Part shown: positions 41,586 to 52,656 of the stretch, piece by piece
Layout of the letters: the number at the start of each line of letters is the position of its first letter
Numbering within the stretch: the first letter of the stretch is position 1
Origin: Myxococcota bacterium
Lineage (GTDB): Bacteria > Myxococcota_A > Polyangia > Polyangiales > Houyiibacteriaceae
NCBI GenBank assembly: GCA_039030515.1
Contig: JBCCEA010000019.1
Location: 14,578 to 78,577, forward strand
DNA: 64,000 nt
Reading direction: 5' to 3'
Translations under genes and position numbers: made by a program
The notes under the pieces: generated by a model
Told to the model about the DNA's origin: nothing
Databases searched by the model: none
The model's input: only the letters and a program-made list of their open reading frames with translations

Positions 41586-42611
41586 ATGCAGCATCCGAGT
41601 GATGCTGAGCGAATCTTCGCGCTCGAGGAGCAGAACCGAGGTCTTCGGGCAGAGGTTCGGCGGCTGCGGGACGAGGTTGCCCGGGAGCATCGAATGGCTT
41701 CCTATGCGCTGAACCGATATGAAGCCCATGCGACTCAGCTAAAGAGTGCTCGTCAGCAAAACCGAGAGCTCTATCGCCTGGCGGCCAACATGGTCCGCGT
41801 GAAGCAGGCAGCAGAGCAGAAGGCCGACGAAGCAACGGAGCACGCGCAGCAGAAAGGCACTCTTCTCGCCAACTTCAGTCATGAGATTCGTGCTCCACTC
41901 AACGGCATGATCGGGTACTGCGATCTACTGAGTCGAGAAGAAGGGAGCCGGCTGACTCAGACGGGTCTGCAGGATCTGCATGCGATCCGCAGAAATGCGG
42001 CGATGCTACTCGAGTTGATCAACGACATCCTCGATATTTCAAAGATCGAGTCCGGTCGCGTGGACATCGTGAAGGAGTGGGTCGACCTTGCCCGTATCGC
42101 TGAAGAGTGTCTTGCCGCGGTGCGAAAGCCGGTTCGCAACGAAGTGATCGCGCTGCGAGCACAGGTATCGAGTAGCGCGCGTAAGGTTTATTCTGACGGA
42201 CTCAAGCTTCGGCAGATCATGCTCAACCTACTTTCTAACGCGGTTAAGTTTACCGAGAGCGGAGAAATAATACTGCACATCAGCGCGGTGGACGGTGCGC
42301 TTGTGATTCAGGTGCGAGATACTGGACCGGGGATTCCGCCCGAAGAGCTCGATCGGATTTTCGAGAAATTCTGCCGAGGTCGTGAAGCGAACGTGCAGCG
42401 CCACATCGGCTCGGGCTTGGGTCTCGCGATCGTTCGGGAGCTCACCTGCCTTCTGCAGGGCGAGATCGACGTAGAAAGCGAAGTGGGGACGGGAACCACC
42501 TTTACGGTGCGCGTACCGCAAGTATTTCAGGAGCGGGCAGAAGCTTCAGGCACGCTCAACCCACCGACCGTCATCGAAAAGCCCTCTAGCGCTCAGCCCC
42601 AAACGTCATGA
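41586..42611 (+). CDS. Histidine kinase (coiled coil + HisKA + HATPase)
   Basis: FSHEIRAPL, NLLSNAVKF, DTGPGI, GSGLGL. Confidence 0.95.
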   Translation: MQHPSDAERIFALEEQNRGLRAEVRRLRDEVAREHRMASYALNRYEAHATQLKSARQQNRELYRLAANMVRVKQAAEQKADEATEHAQQKGTLLANFSHEIRAPLNGMIGYCDLLSREEGSRLTQTGLQDLHAIRRNAAMLLELINDILDISKIESGRVDIVKEWVDLARIAEECLAAVRKPVRNEVIALRAQVSSSARKVYSDGLKLRQIMLNLLSNAVKFTESGEIILHISAVDGALVIQVRDTGPGIPPEELDRIFEKFCRGREANVQRHIGSGLGLAIVRELTCLLQGEIDVESEVGTGTTFTVRVPQVFQERAEASGTLNPPTVIEKPSSAQPQTS

Positions 42612-42672
42612 TCTGCTGACGCAAGCAGTCGGTCTGGGCAGGCTATCGGGCCCGGCTCCGCCTCAAATGCGT

Positions 42673-43734
42673 TCATAGCTGCAGCTCGTCGCGTGGTCCC
42701 CGAGCAAACTGCGGAAACTTTTCTAGAGGTCCCGGCGGCAGACCCGGTACGTATTCCACGTGATCGCGCACGCCGCCTCCAGGAGCAGGACGGGGCGGCA
42801 AGGGCACCGCGATGTCCTCGATAGAAAACGGTCTTCCGTCGATGTGCCGCTGATATCCTAAGAAGCTTGTTCCGTTCCAATTGGTGCCTTGATCGCAAAT
42901 AGTGCCATTGTATGCGGGCTTAAAATAAGGAGTCTTTATTAATCTTTTTACTTCACGCTTTTTATCGCTTAGCACTGACATATCATATTCAGGTAGCTGA
43001 ACATTTGACTTTCCGGCGAGGTCGAACGTGGCAAAACGACAAACATTATTCATCGCGAGATAATGTTCACTAGGCAAACATATCACCGGATGGGAATGAA
43101 CCCAGGAATCCACCACAACACTGCAAAACCTGTAATCTAGGTCTCGCACATGCGAAGAAAAAATACAGAAGACATGGTCTTCTGTATGCGAGGCAATCGT
43201 TGCGCGTATATTGTGTGCAAAGCGCAAAGCCCATATAAGCACCCCGCTTGCGTAATGCACACAGGTTCCTGATTTCGCATAGCGAGCAGCCTGCCAGATA
43301 GAATCATATTCCATCAACCAATTTAGATTCTGCGATCCGATCGCATTACTGTTCATTTCCATGGTTAATTTGGCCAAGTCCCAATTAAGAAAATTACGAT
43401 AAAAGCCATTTGACAGCTCAGGAGTCCTCTGATCTCGACTTGGGTAAAGAGCGCGTTGGTTGGCAGGACCTTTGTGAAGAACGTAGCGGGTGCTCTGAAC
43501 AGCGCGCACGGCAAAATCATATAGGACGCCAAAGTTTTTGACGACTAAATCTCGAGTTCCCACAGAGTTATATGCCTGGACAGTCGCAAGACATCCTATT
43601 TTCTGGGGGTAAATACGAATAAAGCCAGTACCCGTAGTTCCTTGAACAACAGCTGGCAGGTCCGAATCCCGCACCCTTTGTAGATCGGTAAAAGTGCGCT
43701 GTCTCAATATCTGTTCAGATACATGGGGCCACAC
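42673..43734 (-). CDS. AT-richer orphan with Cys-His-Asp triad (HopX/transglutaminase-like)
   Basis: SGTCVHYA, EDHVFC, VVVDSW. Confidence 0.6.
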   Translation of the reverse strand: MWPHVSEQILRQRTFTDLQRVRDSDLPAVVQGTTGTGFIRIYPQKIGCLATVQAYNSVGTRDLVVKNFGVLYDFAVRAVQSTRYVLHKGPANQRALYPSRDQRTPELSNGFYRNFLNWDLAKLTMEMNSNAIGSQNLNWLMEYDSIWQAARYAKSGTCVHYASGVLIWALRFAHNIRATIASHTEDHVFCIFSSHVRDLDYRFCSVVVDSWVHSHPVICLPSEHYLAMNNVCRFATFDLAGKSNVQLPEYDMSVLSDKKREVKRLIKTPYFKPAYNGTICDQGTNWNGTSFLGYQRHIDGRPFSIEDIAVPLPPRPAPGGGVRDHVEYVPGLPPGPLEKFPQFARGPRDELQL

Positions 43735-43840
43735 AGTAAAGTTTTACTCCAACTGCCTGACGTCATCGATAGCGCACAGTTTCTCAGGCGATTGAGATGG
43801 CGATCGGACAGACGTGCCGCGGCGTACGCGAACAAGCGGC

Positions 43841-44503
43841 CTACTCGGAAATGGAAAAACGGGGAGGTGGAAAGGCGCTATCGCCAGAGTCGGAGAGCAC
43901 AGCGCGGAGTTTGGTGGTGAGAAGGTCGAGCGCCACGGCGTTTCGTGCACCCTCCGGGACGATGATGTCGGCCCACCGCTTGGAGGGCTCGACGAACTGC
44001 AGGTGCATTGGACGTACGGTGGCGTAGTACTGCTCACGAATCGATTCGAAGGAGCGGCCTCGATGCTCCAGGTCTCTCCGGATTCTGCGGAATACGCGAA
44101 TATCAGCGTCGGTATCGACAAAAATGCGGATGGCCATCAGGTCCCGCAGCACGCGATCTGCAAGCACGAGTATCCCCTCGACCACCACAACTTTCGTGAC
44201 CGCGATATGGCGAGTCTCCTGGCTACGTCGATGTCGGGAGAAGTCGTAGATCGGAATATCCACCGGTAGCCCCTGCTCGAGATCGCGAAGGTGCTGCACC
44301 AGTAGTTCGGTCTCTAGAGCGTCGGGATGATCGTAATTCACGCTCCGCCGCTCTTCGTCACAGAGCTCAGCGTAGTCGCGGTAGTAGCTGTCGTGTTGGA
44401 GGACCGTGACGTGCTGCTTCGGCAGAGAGTTCGCTAGATGTTGAGCGACGGTGGTTTTGCCCGATCCCGTGCCGCCTGCAACGCCGATGATCAGTGGACG
44501 CAT
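43841..44503 (-). CDS. udk: Uridine kinase
   Basis: GVAGGTGSGKTT, NYDHPDA, PMHLQFVEPSKRWAD. Confidence 0.96.
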   Translation of the reverse strand: MRPLIIGVAGGTGSGKTTVAQHLANSLPKQHVTVLQHDSYYRDYAELCDEERRSVNYDHPDALETELLVQHLRDLEQGLPVDIPIYDFSRHRRSQETRHIAVTKVVVVEGILVLADRVLRDLMAIRIFVDTDADIRVFRRIRRDLEHRGRSFESIREQYYATVRPMHLQFVEPSKRWADIIVPEGARNAVALDLLTTKLRAVLSDSGDSAFPPPRFSISE

Positions 44504-44678
44504 GAGGGTTCTTACCACGCGCTCACAGAATTGCCTTCACGTCCCCAACAAGTTGAGCGGCGCCGCAACCGTACCTGTTACGACTTGTCCTAGACTTGTC
44601 CTACTGAAGCCCGTACCGGGTACGGTGTTTGCGCGGGAATATTGCTAAGGCGCCACCAGTGCCCGTAGTTTGAGGCCG

Positions 44679-45131
44679 ATGAAGGTCTCAGCGTACGTCT
44701 GCCCCGGGTCGGTGGCGATCATCCTGATGGTCGCTTTCACCAACGGGTGTCTCCTGCAAAACGTGAGCTACTCGGAAAAGCTGCGCGACAACGTCCACGA
44801 GCTCAATGATGAATTGCGTTGGGGCCGTATGGACTTGGCAGTGACCCGGGTGGCACCGCCCTACAGAGTCGCTTTCGCCGACATGCATCGGCCATGGGGA
44901 CGCACAATTCAGATCGCAGACCTGGAAATCCAGTCGCTAGACTTCGGAGAAGATCGTTCCGAGGCCGCATCCATCGTGACATTCCGCTGGTACTCCGAAA
45001 CTACGATGACGCTGCGAGAAACCACCATCCGTCAAAAATGGGAGCGCAGCATCTCTGGCTACGCGATCACTGAGGTTGAGGTAATTGAAGGAGATCCATC
45101 GCTGCTGTCCTCAACGGAAAGTACAGGCTGA
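44679..45131 (+). CDS. Hypothetical lipoprotein
   Basis: Hydrophobic leader ending TNGC; LRWGR motif. Confidence 0.7.
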   Translation: MKVSAYVCPGSVAIILMVAFTNGCLLQNVSYSEKLRDNVHELNDELRWGRMDLAVTRVAPPYRVAFADMHRPWGRTIQIADLEIQSLDFGEDRSEAASIVTFRWYSETTMTLRETTIRQKWERSISGYAITEVEVIEGDPSLLSSTESTG

Positions 45132-45246
45132 GGTCGCTCCGGCCGACGTACCGTGGAGATGTATGGACACCTTGAACGGCGTCCATACGCCGGAGACTTG
45201 GGATACCGGCGGATGCCGTGTCATGATTCGTTCGGAGGGGGAACAA

Positions 45247-46128
45247 ATGACTTCCAAGGTGGCTTGGGATTCAGCCGTGGCTCAGGACTCGGGGACTTAC
45301 AACTCGGTGGCGCACAACCGAGTGACTTCGGGAGCATCCGAAAGCGGGCTGTTGTTTTGGATCTGTATGTTTCTGCTCGGCCTAAGCAGCTCGGTGCAGG
45401 CGCAAAGCGACGAGCGCGCGCGGCTTCACTTCGCCTCGGGCAGCTCCTATTTCAATGTCGCGGATTACGACAACGCTCTAAGAGAATATCAAAGCGCCTA
45501 TGAACTAAGCGGTCGCCCAGAACTGCTCTACAATATCGCCCTTTGTCATGAGCGTCTCGGCGATCTGCGACAGGCCGTAGAGCACATGGGACGGTTTCTC
45601 TCGGAGGTAGAAGATATCGAAAATCGGGCGACGCTCGAAGAACGCTATGCCAATATGCAGCGGCGGTTGGAGAGACAATTCTCGTCCGGCATGCAAGAAT
45701 CATCTTTGCAGCGCGTGGAGCCCACTTCAACGGAGGCGCCAGAGCAGCTTCCTCAGGCCGAACCGCAACTGCAGTCTGCAACCGAATCGTCGGAGAAACC
45801 TGAGAAGGTCCGCAGCATTCCGGTGGCGGCCATCGCGTCGTTTGTGGGGGCCGGCGTGGGAGTGACGACCTTTGCGGTGTTCGGTGGACTCGCGCTCGCC
45901 AAGAACAACGACCTCGAGAGTTGCTCACCGAACTGCGATTCAACAGGAAACCTCAGAACCTACACGGCCTTGGCCGATGTGGGTTTGGGTCTTGCGGTGG
46001 TCGGAAGCGCCCTTGGGGTCTTGTTTTTACTCACTCAAGACGGTGAGAAACGCGAAGACACCTCTCTTACTGCAGCGCCATGGGTCGGAGAAGATTCGGC
46101 AGGGCTGGTCGCCCGAGGAGCGTTTTGA
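45247..46128 (+). CDS. Secreted/outer-membrane TPR protein (myxobacterial type)
   Basis: AYELSGRPELLYNIALCHE, C-terminal Gly-rich helices, ends RGAF. Confidence 0.8.
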   Translation: MTSKVAWDSAVAQDSGTYNSVAHNRVTSGASESGLLFWICMFLLGLSSSVQAQSDERARLHFASGSSYFNVADYDNALREYQSAYELSGRPELLYNIALCHERLGDLRQAVEHMGRFLSEVEDIENRATLEERYANMQRRLERQFSSGMQESSLQRVEPTSTEAPEQLPQAEPQLQSATESSEKPEKVRSIPVAAIASFVGAGVGVTTFAVFGGLALAKNNDLESCSPNCDSTGNLRTYTALADVGLGLAVVGSALGVLFLLTQDGEKREDTSLTAAPWVGEDSAGLVARGAF

Positions 46129-47729
46129 TGATCTACCGTCTTTGCGGAGTCGCTCGACCTTCAAAGGATTCTGGACGCGTCCCCCGCTTGAGGCACTGGG
46201 AATCTCTGTTGGTTCTGACGACGTTCGTCTCGTCCGGCTGCTCGCTGATCTACAACACCGACGACTACACGCGAGGCTCTTCGACGATCGATGCAGGCAC
46301 AAAGGACGCCTCGACAAATCGAAGAGACGGCGGGGAGTTCATCGACGAAGACGGTGGCGGATTCATCGACGAAGACGGTGGCGGGTTCGTTGGCAAAGAA
46401 TGCCCCGCTGAGGTCGCTGTCGTGACTCCAGAGTGGCTCGACTGTTCCGGTGAGCCATGTCGGATGTGTCCGTACGATACCCGATCTGTTTTTGAACTAC
46501 CCAGTCCGCCCGGCAGTACCATTTTGGATGTTGATCTCGCGATGCAGGCCGACGTTGAGTCCTCGCTGGCTTTGCAAATTCATGTCGTTACCGTCGAACA
46601 ACCGAAATTTTCTACCGGCACACCCCGACCAGACGCGCGGGTCCGTTCCTACACGTACAGGCCTGACGAGAAAGGTGAGGCTACTTTGGAACCTAGCGAT
46701 GGCATGGACACATCACGAACCATCGACTGCGGTATACAGAACTGTGCGGGCGGCGGTGGGGTGCTGCTATTCGATCCTTTTGTGGCCAGTCTCTACGCGC
46801 TGGACGATCGCGGCCCCTTCCTGGTGACCACCTCAGGGCTGGGACTGTCCTCCGTTGGTGGTGTAGTTCCGATGTCTTTTGTGGCGCAGATTCCCGACAT
46901 GAGCGGCATCGAAGATCACGAAAATTATCGGCAGGTAAGCGACGTAGAAGACCTTCAAGATCCGGCCATAACAGCCTGCGGCGGGCGGGATACTGCAACG
47001 CATCTCTTCGGAGGCATACAAAAGGAGATGCCGCTGGTCGGCTCCACACCGAACGGCGACGAGTCTCCAGCGCCGCTCATCGAACTGATCCAGGATGAGT
47101 CCGGAGGCACGCCAGAGGTCGATGGTTCTCGATCGAACTTCGCTCTGGTGGGCTTGAGCGCAGAAGACAGCTTGGTCGTGTGGGACAGCCTCTTCGGAGG
47201 CATACCCCACGCTATCGAGACACCAGAACGAACTGGACCAGCGGCGATCGCCTGGGGCAGTGAAAACCGTCACCTCATCGCCTGGCCCGAAGACGAATCG
47301 ATTCGCTATCGCGAGGTATTTTGCGACACCGAGTTTGAAAAACTACCGGAAACCGAGTGCTGCGCTCAGCGGGAGGATGTGTTGTTTCCCGGCATCGTCG
47401 ATCGATCAGGATCGGAAATCGGCGAGATCGACCTGATGGAGGCGGGAACAGCCGGCTACGTACTGACTTGGGAAGTAGAAAACGACTCAGGACAAAGCCT
47501 GATCTTCCAGTCGTTGATCGATACCGAACTCAACGTGGTGACCGATCTGGACGGCGTGGATCGGACGCTTCTCGCTGCTGTAGAAGACGATGTAATCAAG
47601 ATGGAGGTCGATGCCCTGCGAGGGACACCTCCGGGACTCTTCACGGCAACCGCTTTGCTTACCGAATCGCTCGATCGCGTGACTCTTGCCGTGCGTTTGA
47701 TCGACTGCAACGAGCCCAAGTCTCTTTAG
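46128..47729 (+). CDS. Hypothetical acidic, Cys-containing lipoprotein
   Basis: TGATG overlap with the upstream gene; SSGC lipobox; FIDEDGGG repeat. Confidence 0.7.
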   Translation: MIYRLCGVARPSKDSGRVPRLRHWESLLVLTTFVSSGCSLIYNTDDYTRGSSTIDAGTKDASTNRRDGGEFIDEDGGGFIDEDGGGFVGKECPAEVAVVTPEWLDCSGEPCRMCPYDTRSVFELPSPPGSTILDVDLAMQADVESSLALQIHVVTVEQPKFSTGTPRPDARVRSYTYRPDEKGEATLEPSDGMDTSRTIDCGIQNCAGGGGVLLFDPFVASLYALDDRGPFLVTTSGLGLSSVGGVVPMSFVAQIPDMSGIEDHENYRQVSDVEDLQDPAITACGGRDTATHLFGGIQKEMPLVGSTPNGDESPAPLIELIQDESGGTPEVDGSRSNFALVGLSAEDSLVVWDSLFGGIPHAIETPERTGPAAIAWGSENRHLIAWPEDESIRYREVFCDTEFEKLPETECCAQREDVLFPGIVDRSGSEIGEIDLMEAGTAGYVLTWEVENDSGQSLIFQSLIDTELNVVTDLDGVDRTLLAAVEDDVIKMEVDALRGTPPGLFTATALLTESLDRVTLAVRLIDCNEPKSL

Positions 47730-47892
47730 GCGTCACCCGCATTAGAGCTCGACACCACACCGAGCACGGATTCGCCTACGACTCAGACCCGCCGCACCCG
47801 CACCCAATAGGTTTCAGCCGCACCCAGTAGATTTGAATTGGGTGGGGTTCATTAGGGCGGAGTTCGACTGGATGCGTTTCGTATGTAGAATT

Positions 47893-48411
47893 CTAGGCTT
47901 CGTCATGCACGGTTACGTCGACCATCAGGTCTGCCGCAATCGCTTCTAGCGACTTGCGTAGAGACGCTATCGTGAGATCTGTCGGCAGACGCAATCGGGC
48001 ATAGGCGCGAAATAAAGAGCCGCCAGACCAGGGCGCTCCATCGCATTCCGTATCTAGAAGTTCGATGCTCACCGAGGCTTCCGAAAGCACCTTAGAAAAC
48101 CGCTGGATGATGCCGGGACGGTCGCTTCCGACCACTTCCAGCTCGAACTGCGAGTACTGAGCCTCCTCAGGCGCAGAACCCTCGAGCAACATGACCTGGA
48201 GTCCTTGAGATTCGAGGTCTCTGAGATCGGAACTCAACGCCGAAAGGGCGGAGTCTGGAACCTCTACCCGAAGGAGTCCGGCAAACTGACCAGAGAGGTG
48301 GGCCATCCGACTCTCGACCCAGTTACCTTGATGGGACGCGATCACATTCGAAAGTATTTCGATCAGACCCGAACGGTCCGATCCAATCAAGGTAAGCACC
48401 AAGGATTTCAA
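47893..48411 (-). CDS. GcvR-like two-ACT-domain protein
   Basis: GSDRSGLI, ESRMAHLSGQFAG, GSDRPGII. GGGAGG RBS before TTG 48411. Confidence 0.88.
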   Translation of the reverse strand: MKSLVLTLIGSDRSGLIEILSNVIASHQGNWVESRMAHLSGQFAGLLRVEVPDSALSALSSDLRDLESQGLQVMLLEGSAPEEAQYSQFELEVVGSDRPGIIQRFSKVLSEASVSIELLDTECDGAPWSGGSLFRAYARLRLPTDLTIASLRKSLEAIAADLMVDVTVHDEA

Positions 48412-48690
48412 AGGAAACCTCCCAATCTCTAAGTTTCGGGTTCTGCTCAGGGTTGCCAGATCAAATCGGCTCAGGCAAATGACCGACGCGATCCAGCCTC
48501 CGGAACTAGATGGAAGAGGCATCGACGTTCAGTCCATTCCCTGTTAGTTATGGTTCTAATTCACCTGATCCATGAGTTCCCGCTTCCATTTATTCGTCTG
48601 TGTGAACATAGCTGCGGGCGCGAACAACGCTGTAGGAACAAACAAATTAGGGATCGCGTCTACGCCACCCAAGTTTGATGAGCCGTTTTC

Positions 48691-49884
48691 ATGACGCTGC
48701 TCATTTTTTTTGTGTTCCTCGCAGTTGGAGTGTCGTTTCTCTGTTCGATTCTCGAAGCCACGCTGCTCAGCGTCACTCCGTCCTACATGGCAAAACTGGA
48801 GCAGGAGGGGCGTAAATATGCGCCAAAATTGAAGCATCTCAAAACCCGAGTAGACCGACCTCTAGCGGCGATCCTGAGCCTCAATACGATCGCAAACACG
48901 ATGGGCGCCGCGGGAGCCGGAGCACAAGCGCAAGCGATCTGGAATTCCGAAGTGCTCACGATGTTCAGCGCGGGGCTCACCCTTGTGATCCTCATCGTCT
49001 CTGAGATCATCCCCAAAACACTGGGAGCGACGTACTTTCGTTTTTTAGCTCCGATCGCCACGCGCGTCCTCGGAGTGCTGATGGTGCTGATGTTTCCATT
49101 CGTGCGGATCAGCGAGCAGATCACCAAGGTGCTCGGGCGAGAGGGCAATCCGGAAACAGAGCACCATGTCAACCGAGAGGAATTCGCCGCCTTAGCAGAA
49201 CTTGGACAGCGTCAAGGGGTATTTGACGAGAGCGAATCGAGGATTCTCGGCAATCTGCTCCGCATGGCGGAACTGCGTGTCCGCGACATCATGACGCCTC
49301 GCACGGTCATGTTCTCGCTCAGCGAAAAGACCCAGGTAGACGAGGCGCTCAAAGTTCCGGAGACCATGGTTTTTTCCCGAGTGCCCATCTATCGAGAACA
49401 GGCGGACAACATCTCTGGTTTTGTGCTGAAACAGGATGTTCTGTTGCGGGCGGCTCGGAACGAAGGTGCGCAAAACCTCGGTGCTTTGATACGCGAGCTT
49501 CCGGTGGTCCCGGCCACTCTTACCGTGACGCGACTCTTCGAAACTCTTCTGGACAGGCGAGAACACATCGCACTGGTTGTCGATGAGTACGGAGGCATAG
49601 AGGGCTTGGTCACCATGGAGGACGTAGTCGAAACCGTTTTGGGTGCCGAGATCGTCGATGAGGCGGACACGGTGCAAGACATGCGGGAGATGGCTCGAGC
49701 GAAATGGTACGCCAGAGTGCAGCATCTGGGCATCTTGGCGGGTTCAGAAGAGGATGTAGATACAACAGCGAAGTCACTCAAGATCGAAAGCGCTCCTTCT
49801 ACGGAGGGCTCTCGGTCTATCGAAAGCACGAGCCTACGGGAAGGCGCGAGGACCTCGAGGGAGGAAGCAAGGCGAAAGCGGTGA
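48691..49884 (+). CDS. CNNM (DUF21)-CBS domain protein
   Basis: CSILEA, SEIIPK, IMTPR, SRVPIY, VVDEYGG. Confidence 0.93.
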   Translation: MTLLIFFVFLAVGVSFLCSILEATLLSVTPSYMAKLEQEGRKYAPKLKHLKTRVDRPLAAILSLNTIANTMGAAGAGAQAQAIWNSEVLTMFSAGLTLVILIVSEIIPKTLGATYFRFLAPIATRVLGVLMVLMFPFVRISEQITKVLGREGNPETEHHVNREEFAALAELGQRQGVFDESESRILGNLLRMAELRVRDIMTPRTVMFSLSEKTQVDEALKVPETMVFSRVPIYREQADNISGFVLKQDVLLRAARNEGAQNLGALIRELPVVPATLTVTRLFETLLDRREHIALVVDEYGGIEGLVTMEDVVETVLGAEIVDEADTVQDMREMARAKWYARVQHLGILAGSEEDVDTTAKSLKIESAPSTEGSRSIESTSLREGARTSREEARRKR

Positions 49885-49915
49885 CTGGAAGGCGTTGCCG
49901 CGATTCCGGGACACC

Positions 49916-50014
49916 GTGATCGCGGTAGGCAATGTGATCGCGGTAAGCAATGTGATCGCGGTAAGCAATGTGATCGCGGTAAGCAATGTGATCGCGGTAA
50001 GCAATGTGATCGCG
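49916..50014 (+). repeat. Tandem array of 18-bp unit GTGATCGCGGTARGCAAT, 5 copies plus partial
   Basis: Head-to-tail between convergent genes. Confidence 0.97.
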
Positions 50015-50056
50015 CGAAACGGTTCATCGGATCGGGCAGTACCCGCTGAGAACACT

Positions 50057-50428
50057 CTATAAATCGCCGCGTTCAGAGTGGTCCAGCCTGGCGTCTTCGT
50101 TGCCGAACAGCCCGGCGGCCTGACCTTCCATCAATGTGAGGGCCGGAGACGCATCGGAGTTGTCCAAGGCGACCGCGAAGAGGAAACGCCACACTTCACT
50201 GTCGACCGGCTGACGTCGCACGACGTTTCCCTTGAGTCTCGTGTGGGCGCCCTCCTGAAGTTGCAGGGATAGTTCGACTTCATCACCTACCGAAAAGCCA
50301 GCCCGGGAAAAGAGCGCGCAACCTTGCTGACTTAGATTGCAAAGAAAGCCCAAACGCGCCGCCCGCTCATCGCTCGAGACCTCCACCATCAGCGGACTGT
50401 CGACACGCGGACTGTTTCTTCGTTCCAT
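50057..50428 (-). CDS. PilZ-domain protein
   Basis: RRNSPR and NLSQQG motifs. Confidence 0.85.
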   Translation of the reverse strand: MERRNSPRVDSPLMVEVSSDERAARLGFLCNLSQQGCALFSRAGFSVGDEVELSLQLQEGAHTRLKGNVVRRQPVDSEVWRFLFAVALDNSDASPALTLMEGQAAGLFGNEDARLDHSERGDL

Positions 50429-50722
50429 GAAGGCAAAGGTAAGCAGAACCCATACCAGACTTAACTACTAGGGCTTCTATCATCCAAAGCTCGCTTTAGT
50501 CTTCATAGGCTCGATTGCGCCCGCCTCACGGCCTGAAATGAGGTGAGCTTCGCGCGGGTGGGGAGGACATCGGTCCCCGCTAGCGCTTTGATCCGCTGCC
50601 CTGGGTCCCCGCGAAACCTTGTGCGCCACCTCCCCGGCGAACATCGCACCTGCGCGCTCAGCCCGTACCTCGTACAATGCCTCCAGCGGAATCGCACATG
50701 CCGAACGGCACATGGGTCCCCG

Positions 50723-51682
50723 ATGATGTCGGAGATAGAGCAGCCACGAACATACGCTGAGCGCTGGATCTACGCGGTCAAGATCAAGAGCTGGCCTAAG
50801 GTACTCGGAGCAGCTGCGCTGGGTTCGAGTCTTGGCGCAACACAGGTAGATAGTGTGGCGTCTGCCGAAATCCTCGGCCTGCTTTACGCCGCTTCATTCT
50901 TGTTTCTTGACGTGATCTACATCGTGTTGATCAACGATTGGGCGGATCAGCGGGTCGACAAGATCAAGCGACAACTGTTTCCTGAGGGATGTAGTCCAAA
51001 GACCATCCCAGACGACATTCTGCCGGCTCGATCAGTGCATGTGGGAGGCCTCCTCGCGGCCGTGGGATGCGTGGTCGTAGCCTGGCTCGCAGAGGCAACC
51101 CTTGAGCGAGCGGGGGCGGTGTTCGGTGCTCTGCTGTGCCTTGGGATGTTTGCGGTCTATTCGCTGCCGCCGGTTCGACTCAACTACCGTGGCGGAGGGG
51201 AGTTCGCCGAAGCATTGGGCGTAGGTCTCGTCCTGCCGCTCTTCATCGCCTACCTCGGCTTCGGAGTCGCGCCCAATAGAGACAGCGTGATGCTCGCTTC
51301 GGGCCACGGACTACTCGCTTTGGCGAGTGCACTCGCCAGCGGGCTCAGCGACGAGGTCAGCGATCGCCTGGGAGGCAAGCGCACCTGTGCGACGATCTTC
51401 GGCAGCGCAGCCACCCGCCGAAGCATCGAAATACTGCTCGTCTTAGGCGGATTCGCGTGCTGCGCGACGCCGTATTTCACCGAGCTCCCAAGCTGGATCG
51501 GAACTCCGGCAGGGCTCTTCGTACTGTACGCTGCCCGGGGCGTGCGCCGTGCAAGCCCTTTTGCGGTCACCAATGCCTTCCGCGCGCTCGGAACCTACAA
51601 AGCCAGACTGCATGAATGCATTTGGGGGGGTACCGCATTGCTCACCACATCGCTATGGGCATACTCCTTATGGGTCCGATAG
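50723..51682 (+). CDS. UbiA/MenA-family prenyltransferase
   Basis: INDWADQRVD, YSLPPVRLNYRGGGE, SDEVSDRLGGKRT. Confidence 0.85.
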   Translation: MMSEIEQPRTYAERWIYAVKIKSWPKVLGAAALGSSLGATQVDSVASAEILGLLYAASFLFLDVIYIVLINDWADQRVDKIKRQLFPEGCSPKTIPDDILPARSVHVGGLLAAVGCVVVAWLAEATLERAGAVFGALLCLGMFAVYSLPPVRLNYRGGGEFAEALGVGLVLPLFIAYLGFGVAPNRDSVMLASGHGLLALASALASGLSDEVSDRLGGKRTCATIFGSAATRRSIEILLVLGGFACCATPYFTELPSWIGTPAGLFVLYAARGVRRASPFAVTNAFRALGTYKARLHECIWGGTALLTTSLWAYSLWVR

Positions 51683-51743
51683 GCTGATGTGCGCGGAATC
51701 GGATGAAGCGTATGGAGTACGTGGTCCGGCATGAGATGAAACG

Positions 51744-52601
51744 ATGGTGACCGTGGTTTCGCAGCCCACCCAAGCAACGCCCAAAACCTTCGACGAGGCT
51801 TTGAGCCGGCTTCTCGCTATCGAGACGACCACGCGCACCCAGAGCGGCGCCCATTCTCTTGCTCCGGGCAAAGCCCAGGCAACCCCACTAAGTGCACTTG
51901 CAGAACGTCTCGTGTCGGGTGTTCACCGAGAGCCGCTAGCCGTCACATTTGCGGGCGGTCTGGCTTCTCTACTTGCCGCGATGATGCAGGCATTTCCGGA
52001 CAACCTCTTTTGGGATTTTGACCTCTTGGCGACCGATGTCCTACGCCAAGCGGAAGGGATGCCGACGGGAGTCCGCCGGAGTCTCGACACCCAAGAACAG
52101 CTCAGAGCGCGTCTCTTGACGGTGCAGGACAAGCATGTACTGCAGCAGATCGACCACTCGATTCGCGCCAGCTTCGAGGACTTAATTTCACTGCAACAAC
52201 TCTTTGGAGGCGCGTCTACGATTCGGTTTCGGTACGCACATGATTTCATATACGGATTCGACTGGGCAAAATGGGTTCGTCGCGCCCCAGCAAAGCGAGA
52301 GAGCATTGGACCTTTTGATCGCCCTTTTCTCGCATTTATGCTGCAAAGAGGACAAGAACTCATCGCGTTGATCGCGCAAGACGACAGCGAATACCCTCGC
52401 CTCACCCACGCCGGCTATCGAAATCCATTTGGCTTTTCCAGGAGCAAAGAGGACGAACTCCGGCTCTTCACCGAACTGAGTCGTCGCGATCTACTGCCTT
52501 TGAGATCCTGGGACGCATGCGACCAGCCCCGCTTCAATCAGGACTACCGAGCCACGCGGGAGCGCGTCGCAGAAGAACTCGGATTGGCCAGCACCGATTA
52601 A
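51744..52601 (+). CDS. Hypothetical protein
   Basis: 285 aa with aromatic motifs FPDNLFWDFD and RFRYAHDFIYGFDWAKW. Confidence 0.7.
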   Translation: MVTVVSQPTQATPKTFDEALSRLLAIETTTRTQSGAHSLAPGKAQATPLSALAERLVSGVHREPLAVTFAGGLASLLAAMMQAFPDNLFWDFDLLATDVLRQAEGMPTGVRRSLDTQEQLRARLLTVQDKHVLQQIDHSIRASFEDLISLQQLFGGASTIRFRYAHDFIYGFDWAKWVRRAPAKRESIGPFDRPFLAFMLQRGQELIALIAQDDSEYPRLTHAGYRNPFGFSRSKEDELRLFTELSRRDLLPLRSWDACDQPRFNQDYRATRERVAEELGLASTD

Positions 52602-52656
52602 GGCAGAGGGCACCGATTAAGGCAGAGGGCAGGTGCACGCCCTAGTTTTGAGACTC

